The notes: generated by a model not told the origin, from the letters alone. A stretch of 64,000 nucleotides of DNA from Winogradskyella sp. (GCA_965250025.1 OZ252283.1:2050121-2114120), one strand, 5' to 3'. Positions 37,241-47,657 are shown, counted from the stretch's first letter. Numbers and translations: made by a program.

Positions 37241-37252
37241 TATGCGTGCATA
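37241..37252. promoter_or_regulatory. Palindromic operator candidate, site 1 (TATGCGTGCATA)
   Basis: Near-palindrome. It is part of an 18-bp arm, ATACTATGCGTGCATAAT, that is inverted at 37267-37284 with 1 mismatch. Confidence 0.45.
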
Positions 37253-37268
37253 ATTTTTTATTAATTAT

Positions 37269-37280
37269 TATGCATGCATA
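37269..37280. promoter_or_regulatory. Palindromic operator candidate, site 2 (TATGCATGCATA)
   Basis: Perfect 12-bp palindrome centred 21 bp upstream of the centre of the -7 box of the marR-fad operon. Confidence 0.5.
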
Positions 37281-37291
37281 GTATTTTTTAG

Positions 37292-37299
37292 TATATTTG
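37292..37299 (+). promoter_or_regulatory. -7 promoter element (TATATTTG) of the marR-fad operon
   Basis: Exact TAnnTTTG, 18 nt upstream of ATG 37317. Confidence 0.45.
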
Positions 37300-37316
37300 A
37301 AATTCAACACTACACT

Positions 37317-37772
37317 ATGAAAGATAAAACCATTGATTATGTATTGCGAACGACCTGGTTAGCAGTAAATAAAATGTACAATGAAGAAGCTGCAAAATTT
37401 GAAACCACTATGGCTACAGGTTTTGCATTATTAAGTATTGACCCTGAGTCAGGCACACCATCTACTTCTTTGGGTCCAAAAATGGGTATGGAAGCCACCA
37501 GCCTCTCCAGAACACTTAAAACCATGGAAGAAAAAGGGCTTATAGTTCGCAAGCCCAATCCTGAAGATGGCAGAGGCGTATTAATTCATCTCACTGATTT
37601 TGGAAGAGAAAAACGCGAATACTCAAAAGAACGTGTCATTATCTTCAATGAAGCTATAAAAAATAATGTTTCAGCAGAACAACTTAAAAATTTCTATGAA
37701 GTTGCTGAAATCATAAACAATATGATCTCTAATAAAAAAATATACAATCAAAAAGAACACATTTTAAAGTAA
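37317..37772 (+). CDS. MarR-family transcriptional regulator
   Basis: 151 aa. Winged-helix block PSTSLGPKMGMEATSLSRTLKTMEEKGLIVRKPNPEDGRGVLIHLT. 2-nt gap to the next gene. Confidence 0.8.
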   Translation: MKDKTIDYVLRTTWLAVNKMYNEEAAKFETTMATGFALLSIDPESGTPSTSLGPKMGMEATSLSRTLKTMEEKGLIVRKPNPEDGRGVLIHLTDFGREKREYSKERVIIFNEAIKNNVSAEQLKNFYEVAEIINNMISNKKIYNQKEHILK

Positions 37773-37774
37773 AA

Positions 37775-40183
37775 ATGAGTAAACGCAGAATTAAAAAAGT
37801 CGCTATTATAGGTTCTGGTATCATGGGAAGTGGTATCGCCTGTCATTTTGCAAATATTGGTGTCGATGTCCTTCTATTGGATATAGTCCCCAGAGAGTTA
37901 AACGAAAAAGAAAAAGCAAAAGGACTTACATTAGATGATAAGGCCGTTAGAAACCGCTTGGTCAACGATGCCCTTATTGCATCTCTAAAATCTAAGCCCT
38001 CACCTATTTATCATCAAAAATTTGCCAAACGAATTACAACAGGTAATCTCGAAGATGATATTGCTAAAGTTGCTGATGTCGATTGGATTATGGAAGTCGT
38101 TGTTGAACGGTTAGATATCAAACAACAAGTATTTGAAAATATCGAAAAGTATAGAACACCGGGCACAATTATTTCTTCCAACACCTCTGGAATTCCAATT
38201 AAGTTCATGAATGAAGGCAGATCGGAAGATTTTCGTCAGCACTTTGCCGTCACTCACTTTTTCAATCCACCGAGATACTTAAAGCTTTTTGAGGTAGTTC
38301 CTGGACCTGATTGTAAACAGGACGTTACGGATTTTTTAATGGAATACGGCGAAAAGTTTTTGGGTAAAACATCAGTATTAGCAAAAGATACTCCTGCCTT
38401 TATAGGCAATCGTATTGGTATATTTGGCATTCAAAGTTTATTCCACCAAGTCAAAGAACTGGGACTTACTGTAGAAGAAGTTGATAAACTTACAGGCCCT
38501 GTTATTGGCAGACCAAAATCTGCAACTTTTAGAACAGTAGATGTTGTTGGTTTAGATACATTGGTACATGTTGCTAATGGTATTTATGACAATTGTCCGG
38601 ATGATGAAGCGCATGAATTGTTTAAGCTACCTGACTTCATCAATACCATGATGGAGAATAAATGGTTAGGTAGTAAAACCGGTCAGGGATTTTATAAGAA
38701 ATCAGTAAATACAGAAGGTAAAAAAGAGATTCTGGCACTAGACTTAGATACCATGGCATACCGTCCGTCTAAAAAAGCAAAGTTTGCGACTCTGGAATTG
38801 ACAAAAACCATAGACAAGCCTATAGATCGATTCAAAGTATTAGTAGGAGGTAAAGACAAAGCCGGAGACTTCTATCGTAAAAACTTTGCTGCCATGTTTG
38901 CTTACGTTCAAAATAGGATTCCCGAAATTTCAGATGAACTCTATCGTATTGACGATGCCATGAAAGCAGGATTCGGATGGGAAAACGGACCCTTCGAAAT
39001 ATGGGATGCCGTAGGCATTAAAGACGGTATCGCTCTTATGAAAGCTGAAGGTTATGAACCAGCGGCATGGGTTACTGAAATGTTAGACAAAGGCGAAAAT
39101 GCATTCTATACCGTAAAAGATGGCTCTACCTATTATTATGATGTTGCTGCCAAAGCACAAGTTAAAAAGCCGGGACAAGATGCATTCATCATATTAGATA
39201 ATATAAGAACATCAAATGCCGTATTTAAAAATTCTGGTGTAGTTGTTGAAGATTTGGGCGATGGTATTTTGAATTGCGAATTCCAATCCAAAATGAATAC
39301 CATTGGAGGTGATGTGCTAGCCGGATTAAATAAAGCACTAGATCTGGCAGAAAAAGATTTTGATGGGCTGGTTATTGGAAACCAAGCAGCTAACTTCTCA
39401 GTAGGAGCTAATATTGGTATGATTTTTATGATGGCCGTAGAACAAGAATATGATGAATTGAATATGGCTATTAAGTATTTTCAGGATACCATGATGCGCA
39501 TGCGTTATTCTTCTATACCAACAGTCTCAGCACCACATGGCATGGCTCTTGGAGGTGCCTGTGAGTTATCCATGCATGCAGATAAGGTTGTGGCGGCTGC
39601 CGAAACTTACATCGGCCTGGTTGAATTTGGTGTTGGTGTCATACCTGGTGGTGCGGGTTCTAAAGAAATGGCATTAAGAGCCTCAGACACTTTTCATAAA
39701 GGCGATGTTGAATTAAATGTATTGCAAGAATATTTCTTGACTATTGGAATGGCTAAAGTGGCAACTTCGGCATATGAAGCTTTCGATTTAGGCATATTAC
39801 AAAAAGGTAAAGATATCGTGGTAGTTAATAAAGACCGTCAAATCGCAACTGCAAAAGCACATGCCAAATTAATGGCTGATGCCGGTTACACACAACCTGT
39901 AAAACGTAAAGACGTAAAAGTGCTAGGGAAGCAAGCCTTAGGAATGTTTCTGGTAGGAACTGATGCCATGGAAGCGAGTCATTATATTAGTGAACACGAT
40001 CAAAAAATAGCAAATAAACTGGCTTATGTTATGGCTGGAGGCGATCTTTCAGAACCTACTTTGGTAACTGAACAATATTTACTGGATTTGGAACGTGAAG
40101 CATTCTTAAGTTTATGTACGGAGCGTAAAACTTTGGAAAGAATTCAGCACATGTTAAAAACCGGAAAACCACTACGTAACTGA
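37775..40183 (+). CDS. fadN: Bifunctional 3-hydroxyacyl-CoA dehydrogenase / enoyl-CoA hydratase (FadN-type domain order)
   Basis: N-terminal Rossmann VAIIGSGIMGSGIA (HAD). C-terminal crotonase-like region (..VIGNQAANFSVGANIG..). 802 aa. Confidence 0.88.
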   Translation: MSKRRIKKVAIIGSGIMGSGIACHFANIGVDVLLLDIVPRELNEKEKAKGLTLDDKAVRNRLVNDALIASLKSKPSPIYHQKFAKRITTGNLEDDIAKVADVDWIMEVVVERLDIKQQVFENIEKYRTPGTIISSNTSGIPIKFMNEGRSEDFRQHFAVTHFFNPPRYLKLFEVVPGPDCKQDVTDFLMEYGEKFLGKTSVLAKDTPAFIGNRIGIFGIQSLFHQVKELGLTVEEVDKLTGPVIGRPKSATFRTVDVVGLDTLVHVANGIYDNCPDDEAHELFKLPDFINTMMENKWLGSKTGQGFYKKSVNTEGKKEILALDLDTMAYRPSKKAKFATLELTKTIDKPIDRFKVLVGGKDKAGDFYRKNFAAMFAYVQNRIPEISDELYRIDDAMKAGFGWENGPFEIWDAVGIKDGIALMKAEGYEPAAWVTEMLDKGENAFYTVKDGSTYYYDVAAKAQVKKPGQDAFIILDNIRTSNAVFKNSGVVVEDLGDGILNCEFQSKMNTIGGDVLAGLNKALDLAEKDFDGLVIGNQAANFSVGANIGMIFMMAVEQEYDELNMAIKYFQDTMMRMRYSSIPTVSAPHGMALGGACELSMHADKVVAAAETYIGLVEFGVGVIPGGAGSKEMALRASDTFHKGDVELNVLQEYFLTIGMAKVATSAYEAFDLGILQKGKDIVVVNKDRQIATAKAHAKLMADAGYTQPVKRKDVKVLGKQALGMFLVGTDAMEASHYISEHDQKIANKLAYVMAGGDLSEPTLVTEQYLLDLEREAFLSLCTERKTLERIQHMLKTGKPLRN

Positions 40184-40206
40184 TCATAACTCAATACTAC
40201 AAATAA

Positions 40207-41397
40207 ATGAAACAAGCATATATAGTAAAAGGATATAGAACCGCCGTTGGAAAGTCTAAAAAAGGAGGGTTTCGATTTAAAAGAGCTGATGAACTGGCTG
40301 CTGAAACCATTCAATACATGATGGGCAAATTACCAGATTTTGATGTTTCAAGAATAGATGACGTCATTGTAGGGAATGCTATGCCCGAAGGCTCTCAAGG
40401 TTTAAACATGGCGCGTATTATCTCGTTGATAGGCCTTAACACAGTAGATGTACCAGGTGTTACTGTTAATAGATTTTGTTCTTCAGGATTAGAAACTATA
40501 GCCATGGCCGTAGCTAAAATCCAGTCAGGAATGGCCGAATGTATTATTGCCGGAGGTTCAGAAAGTATGAGCTCTGTACCAATGACCGGCTTCAAACCCG
40601 AATTGAATTACGACATTGTAAACTCCGGACACGAAGATTATTATTGGGGTATGGGAAATACCGCTGAAGCTGTTGCTGATAAGTATAAGGTTTCCCGTGA
40701 AGATCAGGATGAGTTTGCTTACAACTCACATATGAAAGCCCTAAAAGCATTAGATGAAAATCGTTTTCAAGATCAAATTGTTCCTATAAACGTTGACGAA
40801 ACTTATGTCAATAGTGATGGTAAAAAGTCTACAAGACAATTTACCATTACCAAAGATGAAGGCCCGAGAAAAGGGACTTCTAAAGAAGCGTTGGCAAAGT
40901 TAAGACCGGTATTTGCTCAAGGCGGTTCTGTTACAGCTGGCAATTCATCACAAACCAGTGATGGCGCTGCATTTGTTTTGGTTATGAGTGAAGCTATGGT
41001 TAAAGAACTTAATCTGGAGCCTATAGCCAGACTCGTAAGTTATGCCGCAGCTGGTGTAGAGCCAAGAATTATGGGTATCGGCCCGGTTGCAGCCGTACCT
41101 AAAGCCTTAAAACAAGCTGGGTTACAACAAAAAGATATAGAGCTTATAGAGTTGAATGAAGCTTTCGCTTCGCAATCTTTAGCTGTAATTCGTGAATTAG
41201 GACTGAATCCGGATATCATCAATGTTAATGGCGGTGCCATTGCTCTAGGGCATCCATTGGGTTGCACCGGCGCTAAATTATCAGTACAACTATTTGATGA
41301 AATGCGTAAACGCGACATGCAAAGTAAATATGGTATGGTTACCATGTGTGTGGGTACGGGACAAGGTGCCGCAGGCGTATTTGAATTTTTAAATTAA
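40207..41397 (+). CDS. fadA: Acetyl-CoA C-acyltransferase (3-ketoacyl-CoA thiolase)
   Basis: Active-site VNRFCSSGLE (Cys), NEAFA, GGAIALGHPLGCTGA, CVGTGQG. Confidence 0.92.
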   Translation: MKQAYIVKGYRTAVGKSKKGGFRFKRADELAAETIQYMMGKLPDFDVSRIDDVIVGNAMPEGSQGLNMARIISLIGLNTVDVPGVTVNRFCSSGLETIAMAVAKIQSGMAECIIAGGSESMSSVPMTGFKPELNYDIVNSGHEDYYWGMGNTAEAVADKYKVSREDQDEFAYNSHMKALKALDENRFQDQIVPINVDETYVNSDGKKSTRQFTITKDEGPRKGTSKEALAKLRPVFAQGGSVTAGNSSQTSDGAAFVLVMSEAMVKELNLEPIARLVSYAAAGVEPRIMGIGPVAAVPKALKQAGLQQKDIELIELNEAFASQSLAVIRELGLNPDIINVNGGAIALGHPLGCTGAKLSVQLFDEMRKRDMQSKYGMVTMCVGTGQGAAGVFEFLN

Positions 41398-41465
41398 TGC
41401 AAAATCAAGAAATCAGAGTTGAGTAATAAAATGCTCAATACTAATAACAAAAACCTATTATTAAG

Positions 41466-43268
41466 ATGGAAACAGTAGAAAAAGAAATATTACGTGGCGG
41501 ACAGTTCTTGGTGAAGGAGACCAGCTGTGAAGATGTCTTTACCCCTGAAGATTTCAATGAAGAGCAACGTATGATGAAAGAAGCGGTAATAGAGTTCAAT
41601 GACCGTGAAGTCATTCCGCATAAAGATCGTTTTGAAGCTAAAGACTATGCACTTACAGAAGCATGTATGCGCAAAGCCGGTGAACTTGGTTTTTTAGGTG
41701 TAGCCGTACCTGAAGCTTACGGAGGTTTAGGAATGGGGTTTGTATCTACCATGCTGGTATGTGACTATATATCTAGTGGTACTGGCTCTTTTAGTACAGC
41801 ATTTGGGGCGCATACAGGAATTGGCACCATGCCCATTACGCTATATGGAACAGAGGCACAAAAACAAAAATACGTTCCACAACTAGCTACAGGAGAATGG
41901 TTTGGCGCTTATTGTTTAACAGAACCAGGAGCCGGTAGTGATGCCAACTCAGGAAAAACCACTGCAGCGTTAACTGAAGACGGAAAACACTATAAAATCA
42001 ACGGGCAAAAAATGTGGATATCTAACGCAGGATTTTGTAAGTTATTCATCGTTTTTGCCAGAATTGAAGATGATAAAAACATTACAGGGTTTATTGTAGA
42101 AAACGATCCCGAAAATGGCATTACTTTAGGAGAAGAAGAGCATAAATTAGGGATTAGGGCATCCTCTACGCGTCAGGTGTTCTTTAATGATACTATGGTA
42201 CCTGTAGAGAACATGCTCTCCGAAAGAGGAAATGGTTTTAAAATTGCTATGAACGCCTTAAATGTTGGTAGAATTAAACTGGCAGCTGCATGCTTGGATT
42301 CTCAACGCCGTATCACAACAATAGGTGTACAATATGCCAATGAACGTAAACAGTTCAAAACGCCAATAGCAGATTTTGGAGCTATAAAAGCTAAGTTAGC
42401 TGAAATGGCAACTAGTGCTTATGCAGGTGAATCGGCATGTTATCGTGCTGCCAAAAACATCGAAGACCGTATTGCCATTCGTCAAGCTTCAGGAAACACA
42501 CATCAGGAAGCAGAGCTTAAAGGCGTGGAAGAATATGCCATTGAATGTTCCATATTAAAAGTAGCCGTTTCAGAAGATGTACAAAATTGTGCCGATGAAG
42601 GGATTCAGATTTTTGGAGGTATGGGATTCTCAGAAGAAACACCTATGGAAGCCGCATGGCGAGATGCCAGAATTGCAAGAATATACGAAGGCACCAATGA
42701 AATCAACAGAATGCTTTCAGTAGGTATGCTAGTTAAAAAGGCCATGAAAGGGCATGTAGACCTTTTGGGACCAGCTATGAAAGTAGCAGATGAGCTTATG
42801 GGGATACCATCTTTCGATATCCCGGATTATTCTGAGCTCTTTTCTGAAGAGAAAGCAATGGTTGCCAAACTCAAGAAAGTATTTTTAATGGTAGCCGGTG
42901 CAGCAGTTCAAAAGTTTGGTCCAGACTTGGAGCAACATCAGCAACTGCTAATGGCAGCCTCTAATATTCTCATCGAAATATATATGGCAGAATCTACCAT
43001 ACTAAGAACTGAGAAAAATGCTAAACGCTTTGGTGAAGAAGCTCAAAAAGAGCAAATTGCCATGGCTAAATTGTATTTATTCAATGCCGTAGAAACTATT
43101 AAAAAGAATGGTATGGAAGGTATTATTTCTTTTGCAGAAGGTGATGAACAAAAAATGATGCTTATGGGTCTAAAGCGATTCACAAAATATACCAACTATC
43201 CTAATGTGGTAGATTTACGCAATACCATTGCAGAAAAAGTAAAAGCAGAAAACAAATATTGTTTTTAG
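41466..43268 (+). CDS. fadE: Acyl-CoA dehydrogenase, long form
   Basis: ACAD motifs YCLTEPGAGSD, QIFGGMGFSEE and IYEGTNEI, plus a ~180-aa C-terminal extension. 600 aa. Confidence 0.88.
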   Translation: METVEKEILRGGQFLVKETSCEDVFTPEDFNEEQRMMKEAVIEFNDREVIPHKDRFEAKDYALTEACMRKAGELGFLGVAVPEAYGGLGMGFVSTMLVCDYISSGTGSFSTAFGAHTGIGTMPITLYGTEAQKQKYVPQLATGEWFGAYCLTEPGAGSDANSGKTTAALTEDGKHYKINGQKMWISNAGFCKLFIVFARIEDDKNITGFIVENDPENGITLGEEEHKLGIRASSTRQVFFNDTMVPVENMLSERGNGFKIAMNALNVGRIKLAAACLDSQRRITTIGVQYANERKQFKTPIADFGAIKAKLAEMATSAYAGESACYRAAKNIEDRIAIRQASGNTHQEAELKGVEEYAIECSILKVAVSEDVQNCADEGIQIFGGMGFSEETPMEAAWRDARIARIYEGTNEINRMLSVGMLVKKAMKGHVDLLGPAMKVADELMGIPSFDIPDYSELFSEEKAMVAKLKKVFLMVAGAAVQKFGPDLEQHQQLLMAASNILIEIYMAESTILRTEKNAKRFGEEAQKEQIAMAKLYLFNAVETIKKNGMEGIISFAEGDEQKMMLMGLKRFTKYTNYPNVVDLRNTIAEKVKAENKYCF

Positions 43269-43287
43269 ATTAAGTTAGAATGGATGT

Positions 43288-43322
43288 AAAAGCCAATTCA
43301 TTAGCTTGAATTGGCTTTTTTA
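43288..43322 (+). terminator. Rho-independent terminator of the fad operon
   Basis: Perfect 10-bp stem agccaattca / tgaattggct with a 6-nt loop and a T-run. Confidence 0.78.
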
Positions 43323-43357
43323 TTTCGTTATATTTAGTGCTTTGAACTTCCAAAGCA

Positions 43358-44689
43358 ATGAAAAAGATAATCGTACTCCTACCCCTACTCTTCTCTAGCA
43401 TACTAATTGCTCAAACCGATCTTAAGATTTATGATATTATAGATGCTATATCTTCTGAGCGAATTAAAAATGACGTAAAGACTTTAGCCGACTTTGGCAC
43501 CCGACATACCCTTAGTGATACCATTTCTGAAACCCGCGGTATTGGTGCTGCAAGACGTTGGATAAAGTCAGAATTTGAAAACATCTCCAAAGACTGTAAT
43601 AACTGTCTAGAAGTTTTTTATCAAAGCGATTTAGTAGAAAAAGGGAGCAATCAACGTATTGTAAAAGACGTTATGGTGGTTAATGTTGTCGCCATTCAAC
43701 GCGGTACAACCTATCCAAACCGATATATCATAATGAGTGGAGACATCGATTCCCGAGTATCAGATGTCAATAATTATACCTCCGATGCGCCGGGAGCCAA
43801 TGATAATGCATCAGGAATGGCAGGGGCTATCGAAGCAGCCAGAGTGCTGTCTAAATATCAATTTAAAAGCAGTATTATTTATGTAGGGCTTTCAGGAGAA
43901 GAACAAGGGCTTTTTGGCGGACAAGGTCTGGCCAAATATGCGCAAAAGAACAATTGGGATATTATTGGCGTTCTTAATAACGATATGATCGGTAATATCA
44001 AAGGTGTGGATGGCATTATAGATAATAGAACATTTCGAATATTTTCAGAACCCGTACCTCCTACAGAAACGGAAAAGCAGCGGCGAGCACGCCGTTTTTA
44101 TGGTGGTGAAGTGGATGGCATTTCAAGGCAATTGGCACGCTATGTCTATAAAACTACAAAAATATACATGCCCGAAATGAATCCTATAATGATATACCGC
44201 TTAGATCGTTTTGGCCGAGGCGGTCATCACAGGCCTTTTAACGATGTAGGTTATGCAGGCATTAGAATCATGGAAGCACATGAGAATTACACACAGCAGC
44301 ATCAGGATATAAGAACAGAAAATGGTATTGCTTATGGTGATACTTTTGAGCATGTTAATTTTGATTATGCTAAAAAATTAACTGCGGTAAATGCCATCAC
44401 CATGGCCAATTTAGCCTCAGCACCACCACAACCCAAAGCAGTTGGTATTGGAGGTATTGTAGAACCTTCAGCTAAATTAAAATGGCAAAAAGTTAATGGT
44501 GCCAAAGGTTATAAAATCTATTGGAGAGCTACCACTTCCCCAACCTGGGATCACAGTCGGTATGTAGGAGACGTTTCAGAGTTTACATTAGAGGGTATTG
44601 TTATCGACAACTATTTATTTGGTGTTGCATCCATAGATGATGAAGGTCATGAAAGTCTTGTTGTTTTCCCTAATCAAATCATCAGATAA
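43358..44689 (+). CDS. M28-family zinc aminopeptidase with C-terminal FN3-like domain
   Basis: Signal peptide, GANDNASGMAGAIEAARVL, SGEEQGLFG. C-terminal KLKWQKVNGAKGYKIYW. Confidence 0.8.
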   Translation: MKKIIVLLPLLFSSILIAQTDLKIYDIIDAISSERIKNDVKTLADFGTRHTLSDTISETRGIGAARRWIKSEFENISKDCNNCLEVFYQSDLVEKGSNQRIVKDVMVVNVVAIQRGTTYPNRYIIMSGDIDSRVSDVNNYTSDAPGANDNASGMAGAIEAARVLSKYQFKSSIIYVGLSGEEQGLFGGQGLAKYAQKNNWDIIGVLNNDMIGNIKGVDGIIDNRTFRIFSEPVPPTETEKQRRARRFYGGEVDGISRQLARYVYKTTKIYMPEMNPIMIYRLDRFGRGGHHRPFNDVGYAGIRIMEAHENYTQQHQDIRTENGIAYGDTFEHVNFDYAKKLTAVNAITMANLASAPPQPKAVGIGGIVEPSAKLKWQKVNGAKGYKIYWRATTSPTWDHSRYVGDVSEFTLEGIVIDNYLFGVASIDDEGHESLVVFPNQIIR

Positions 44690-44710
44690 ACCTCATAAAT
44701 CAATCAAAGA

Positions 44711-46015
44711 ATGAAGTATATTAAACTTATTGTAGCTGTTATCGTGATTCTATTGTGTGCGAGTTGTAATAACGCTCCACAGGAAAAAAATATTCCGGTT
44801 TCACAATTACACCTCCCTGATATGGGTGTCTTATTTGAAGGCTTTGAAACACTCGACAGCGCTGCACATTATCAAAAATTTGCCAATAAACTCTACCGTA
44901 ATAACAGAGATCTAAAGGCTTCAGAAATGTATGTTTATGCTGCATGGATGTACGGTAAGGCTTCAATGATAGATTCAGCAGCTTCAATGATCCATTTATC
45001 AATAGATCATGGCATGTCTAATCCGAATGTATTATCGAAGTTTGAATTAGACGAACTTATCAAACCCACCGAGCATTGGAGCACATTACAACCCAGATTA
45101 GATTCTATTCGAAATCAATTAAGAAATATCGATAACTTTGGTATTCAACTTGAATCCATGGATGCATTCTGGTCGTATTTTGAACGTGCCAAAGCGGATA
45201 CTTCCAAATCAAAACAAGTACTTAAAGAATTTATATTTAAGGGCCCTAATGAGCTTAGGGATTATTATGTCATTCGTTATAATAGTTTAAAAGCTATGGA
45301 AGCTCAAATTATCAAGCAAACGCCAGAATACTATACATATTTAAAAACTCAATTTGATCAAGATAGTGTCATGGCACTTAAGCAACAAATCGCAGGATGG
45401 ATGCAAAATTTTAAAACCCTCTACCCTAAAGCAGTATTCCCTAAAGTATATATTGTACCTGGATTATTAAACTCTGGAGGAACAGCTTCAGAATTAGGCA
45501 TGTTTGTTGGTGGTGATATGTATGGCAAAGGTCCTGAGATGCCTCAAAAAGGAATGACCCCCTGGCAAAAAAATGTGATCGGCGAAACGGCAGACATGTC
45601 AAAACTCATCATTCATGAGCTTATGCATTTTCAGCAGAATTACAGTGACGGAAACAATGCCGAAAATGTTTTGGGAAGTATATTCTTTGAAGGGGTTTGT
45701 GATTTCATGGTCGAACTTTGTACAGGTATAGAGCTTCAAAATGATAACACTGCATTTCTAGAAGATGAAGACAACTTAAAAATGGTATGTGATGATTTTA
45801 TCAAAGACCGATATACTAATGATTTTACGAGATGGCTTTATAATGGTGAGATTGAAGACAGACCATATGACTTAGGATATACATTTGGTTATATGATATC
45901 AAAATCATATTATGAGAATCACACAGACAAAAAACAAGCCATTTATGAGCTTTTAAACACGAACGATTATACTAAAATATATAGAAATAGTGATTATGCT
46001 TTTCTATTAGATTAA
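44711..46015 (+). CDS. Putative zinc metalloprotease lipoprotein (HExxH; DUF2268-like)
   Basis: Lipobox ILLCASC and HExxH motif IIHELMHFQ. The family assignment is from memory only. Confidence 0.45.
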   Translation: MKYIKLIVAVIVILLCASCNNAPQEKNIPVSQLHLPDMGVLFEGFETLDSAAHYQKFANKLYRNNRDLKASEMYVYAAWMYGKASMIDSAASMIHLSIDHGMSNPNVLSKFELDELIKPTEHWSTLQPRLDSIRNQLRNIDNFGIQLESMDAFWSYFERAKADTSKSKQVLKEFIFKGPNELRDYYVIRYNSLKAMEAQIIKQTPEYYTYLKTQFDQDSVMALKQQIAGWMQNFKTLYPKAVFPKVYIVPGLLNSGGTASELGMFVGGDMYGKGPEMPQKGMTPWQKNVIGETADMSKLIIHELMHFQQNYSDGNNAENVLGSIFFEGVCDFMVELCTGIELQNDNTAFLEDEDNLKMVCDDFIKDRYTNDFTRWLYNGEIEDRPYDLGYTFGYMISKSYYENHTDKKQAIYELLNTNDYTKIYRNSDYAFLLD

Positions 46016-46025
46016 CTCTATTTAT

Positions 46026-47657
46026 ATGAAAATAGCAACATGCTTCATAGCTTTAATATTATCCTTTAATTGCTTAGCTCAGGGTTTACTAAGTGAAAAA
46101 CAGCATTTTAATCGACAGGACACTTTAAGAGGAAGTATAACGCCAGAGCGTGAATGGTGGGACTTAAATTATTATTTCTTAGACGTTAAAGTGCTTCCTG
46201 ATAAAAAATTTATTTCCGGGGCTAATACCATTCAATATAAAGTATTAAAACCCTATCAGATCATGCAGATTGATCTTCAGGAACCGATGACGATTTCCAA
46301 AGTCACTCAAGATGGTCAGGAGTTAGACTTTAAACGCGATGGTAATGTCTATTACATCACACTCAAAGCAAAGCAAAACGTTGGTGCTATAAAATCGCTA
46401 CAAATCACCTATAAAGGCTACCCAAGGCAAGCCAAACGTGCGCCATGGGATGGTGGTTTTTCATGGAAAAGAGATGAAAATGGCAATCATTTTATAGCGA
46501 CATCCTGCCAAGGTTTGGGCGCCAGTGTATGGTGGCCAAACAAAGACCATATGTACGATGAAGTGGATAGTATGCATATTAGAGTGACCACACCAAAAGG
46601 CTTAATACCTGTATCCAATGGTCGACTCGTGGAAATTAAAGACCATCCTAAATCAAACATCTATACCTGGTTTGTAAGCAATCCGATCAATAATTATGGT
46701 GTTAACATTAATATTGGCGATTATGTTAATTTTTCAGAAGTCTATAAAGGCGAAAAAGGCAATCTGGATTTAGACTATTATGTTTTATCCTATAATCTGG
46801 AAAAAGCCAAAACACATTTTAAAGACGCTCCAAAAATGATGAAAGCCTTTGAACATTGGTTTGGTCCTTATCCGTTTTATGAAGATAGCTTCAAGTTAGT
46901 AGAGGTGCCTTACCTTGGCATGGAACATCAAAGTTCTGTCACCTATGGTAATCAATATCGAAAAGGGTATTTGGGTAATGATTTATCCCGAACCGGTTGG
47001 GGCTTAAAATTCGATTTTATCATTATTCACGAAGCTGGCCATGAATGGTTTGCTAATAATATTACCAATAAAGATATAGCAGATATGTGGATACACGAGA
47101 GTTTTACTTCATACTCGGAAAATCTGTTTTTAGATTATTATTATGGTAAAGACGCTAGTGCAGACTACGTTATTGGTACCAGAGCAAATGTTGTTAATGA
47201 CCGTCCAATTATTGGTCTTTATGATGTTAATAATGAAGGGTCTGGTGACATGTATTATAAAGGAGCTAACATGCTTCATACTTTACGACAACTCATTGAG
47301 GATGATGAAAAATGGCGACAAATACTTCGTGGACTAAATAAAACATTTTATCATCAAACGGTAACCTCAAAACAAGTAGAAGACTACATTAGTGAGCAAA
47401 AAGGCGCGGACCTGACAGCATTTTTCAATCAATATCTTAGAGACACTCGTATTCCTACATTAGAATACATTATCAATGATGGCTTACTTAAATACCGTTG
47501 GACAGATATCGTTGAAGATTTTGACATGCCTGTTGTAATTTATATGGATGATAAAAAAGAGTGGTTGTTCCCTAAATCCGAATGGCAAAGCAAACCCATT
47601 GACGCTGATAATATAACTGTAGATCGCAATTTTTATGTTAACATAAAACAAATGTAA
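46026..47657 (+). CDS. M1-family metallopeptidase (aminopeptidase N-like)
   Basis: Signal peptide. HEAGHEWF followed by the downstream WIHESFTSY (HExxH-x18-E), with GMEHQS upstream. Confidence 0.85.
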   Translation: MKIATCFIALILSFNCLAQGLLSEKQHFNRQDTLRGSITPEREWWDLNYYFLDVKVLPDKKFISGANTIQYKVLKPYQIMQIDLQEPMTISKVTQDGQELDFKRDGNVYYITLKAKQNVGAIKSLQITYKGYPRQAKRAPWDGGFSWKRDENGNHFIATSCQGLGASVWWPNKDHMYDEVDSMHIRVTTPKGLIPVSNGRLVEIKDHPKSNIYTWFVSNPINNYGVNINIGDYVNFSEVYKGEKGNLDLDYYVLSYNLEKAKTHFKDAPKMMKAFEHWFGPYPFYEDSFKLVEVPYLGMEHQSSVTYGNQYRKGYLGNDLSRTGWGLKFDFIIIHEAGHEWFANNITNKDIADMWIHESFTSYSENLFLDYYYGKDASADYVIGTRANVVNDRPIIGLYDVNNEGSGDMYYKGANMLHTLRQLIEDDEKWRQILRGLNKTFYHQTVTSKQVEDYISEQKGADLTAFFNQYLRDTRIPTLEYIINDGLLKYRWTDIVEDFDMPVVIYMDDKKEWLFPKSEWQSKPIDADNITVDRNFYVNIKQM

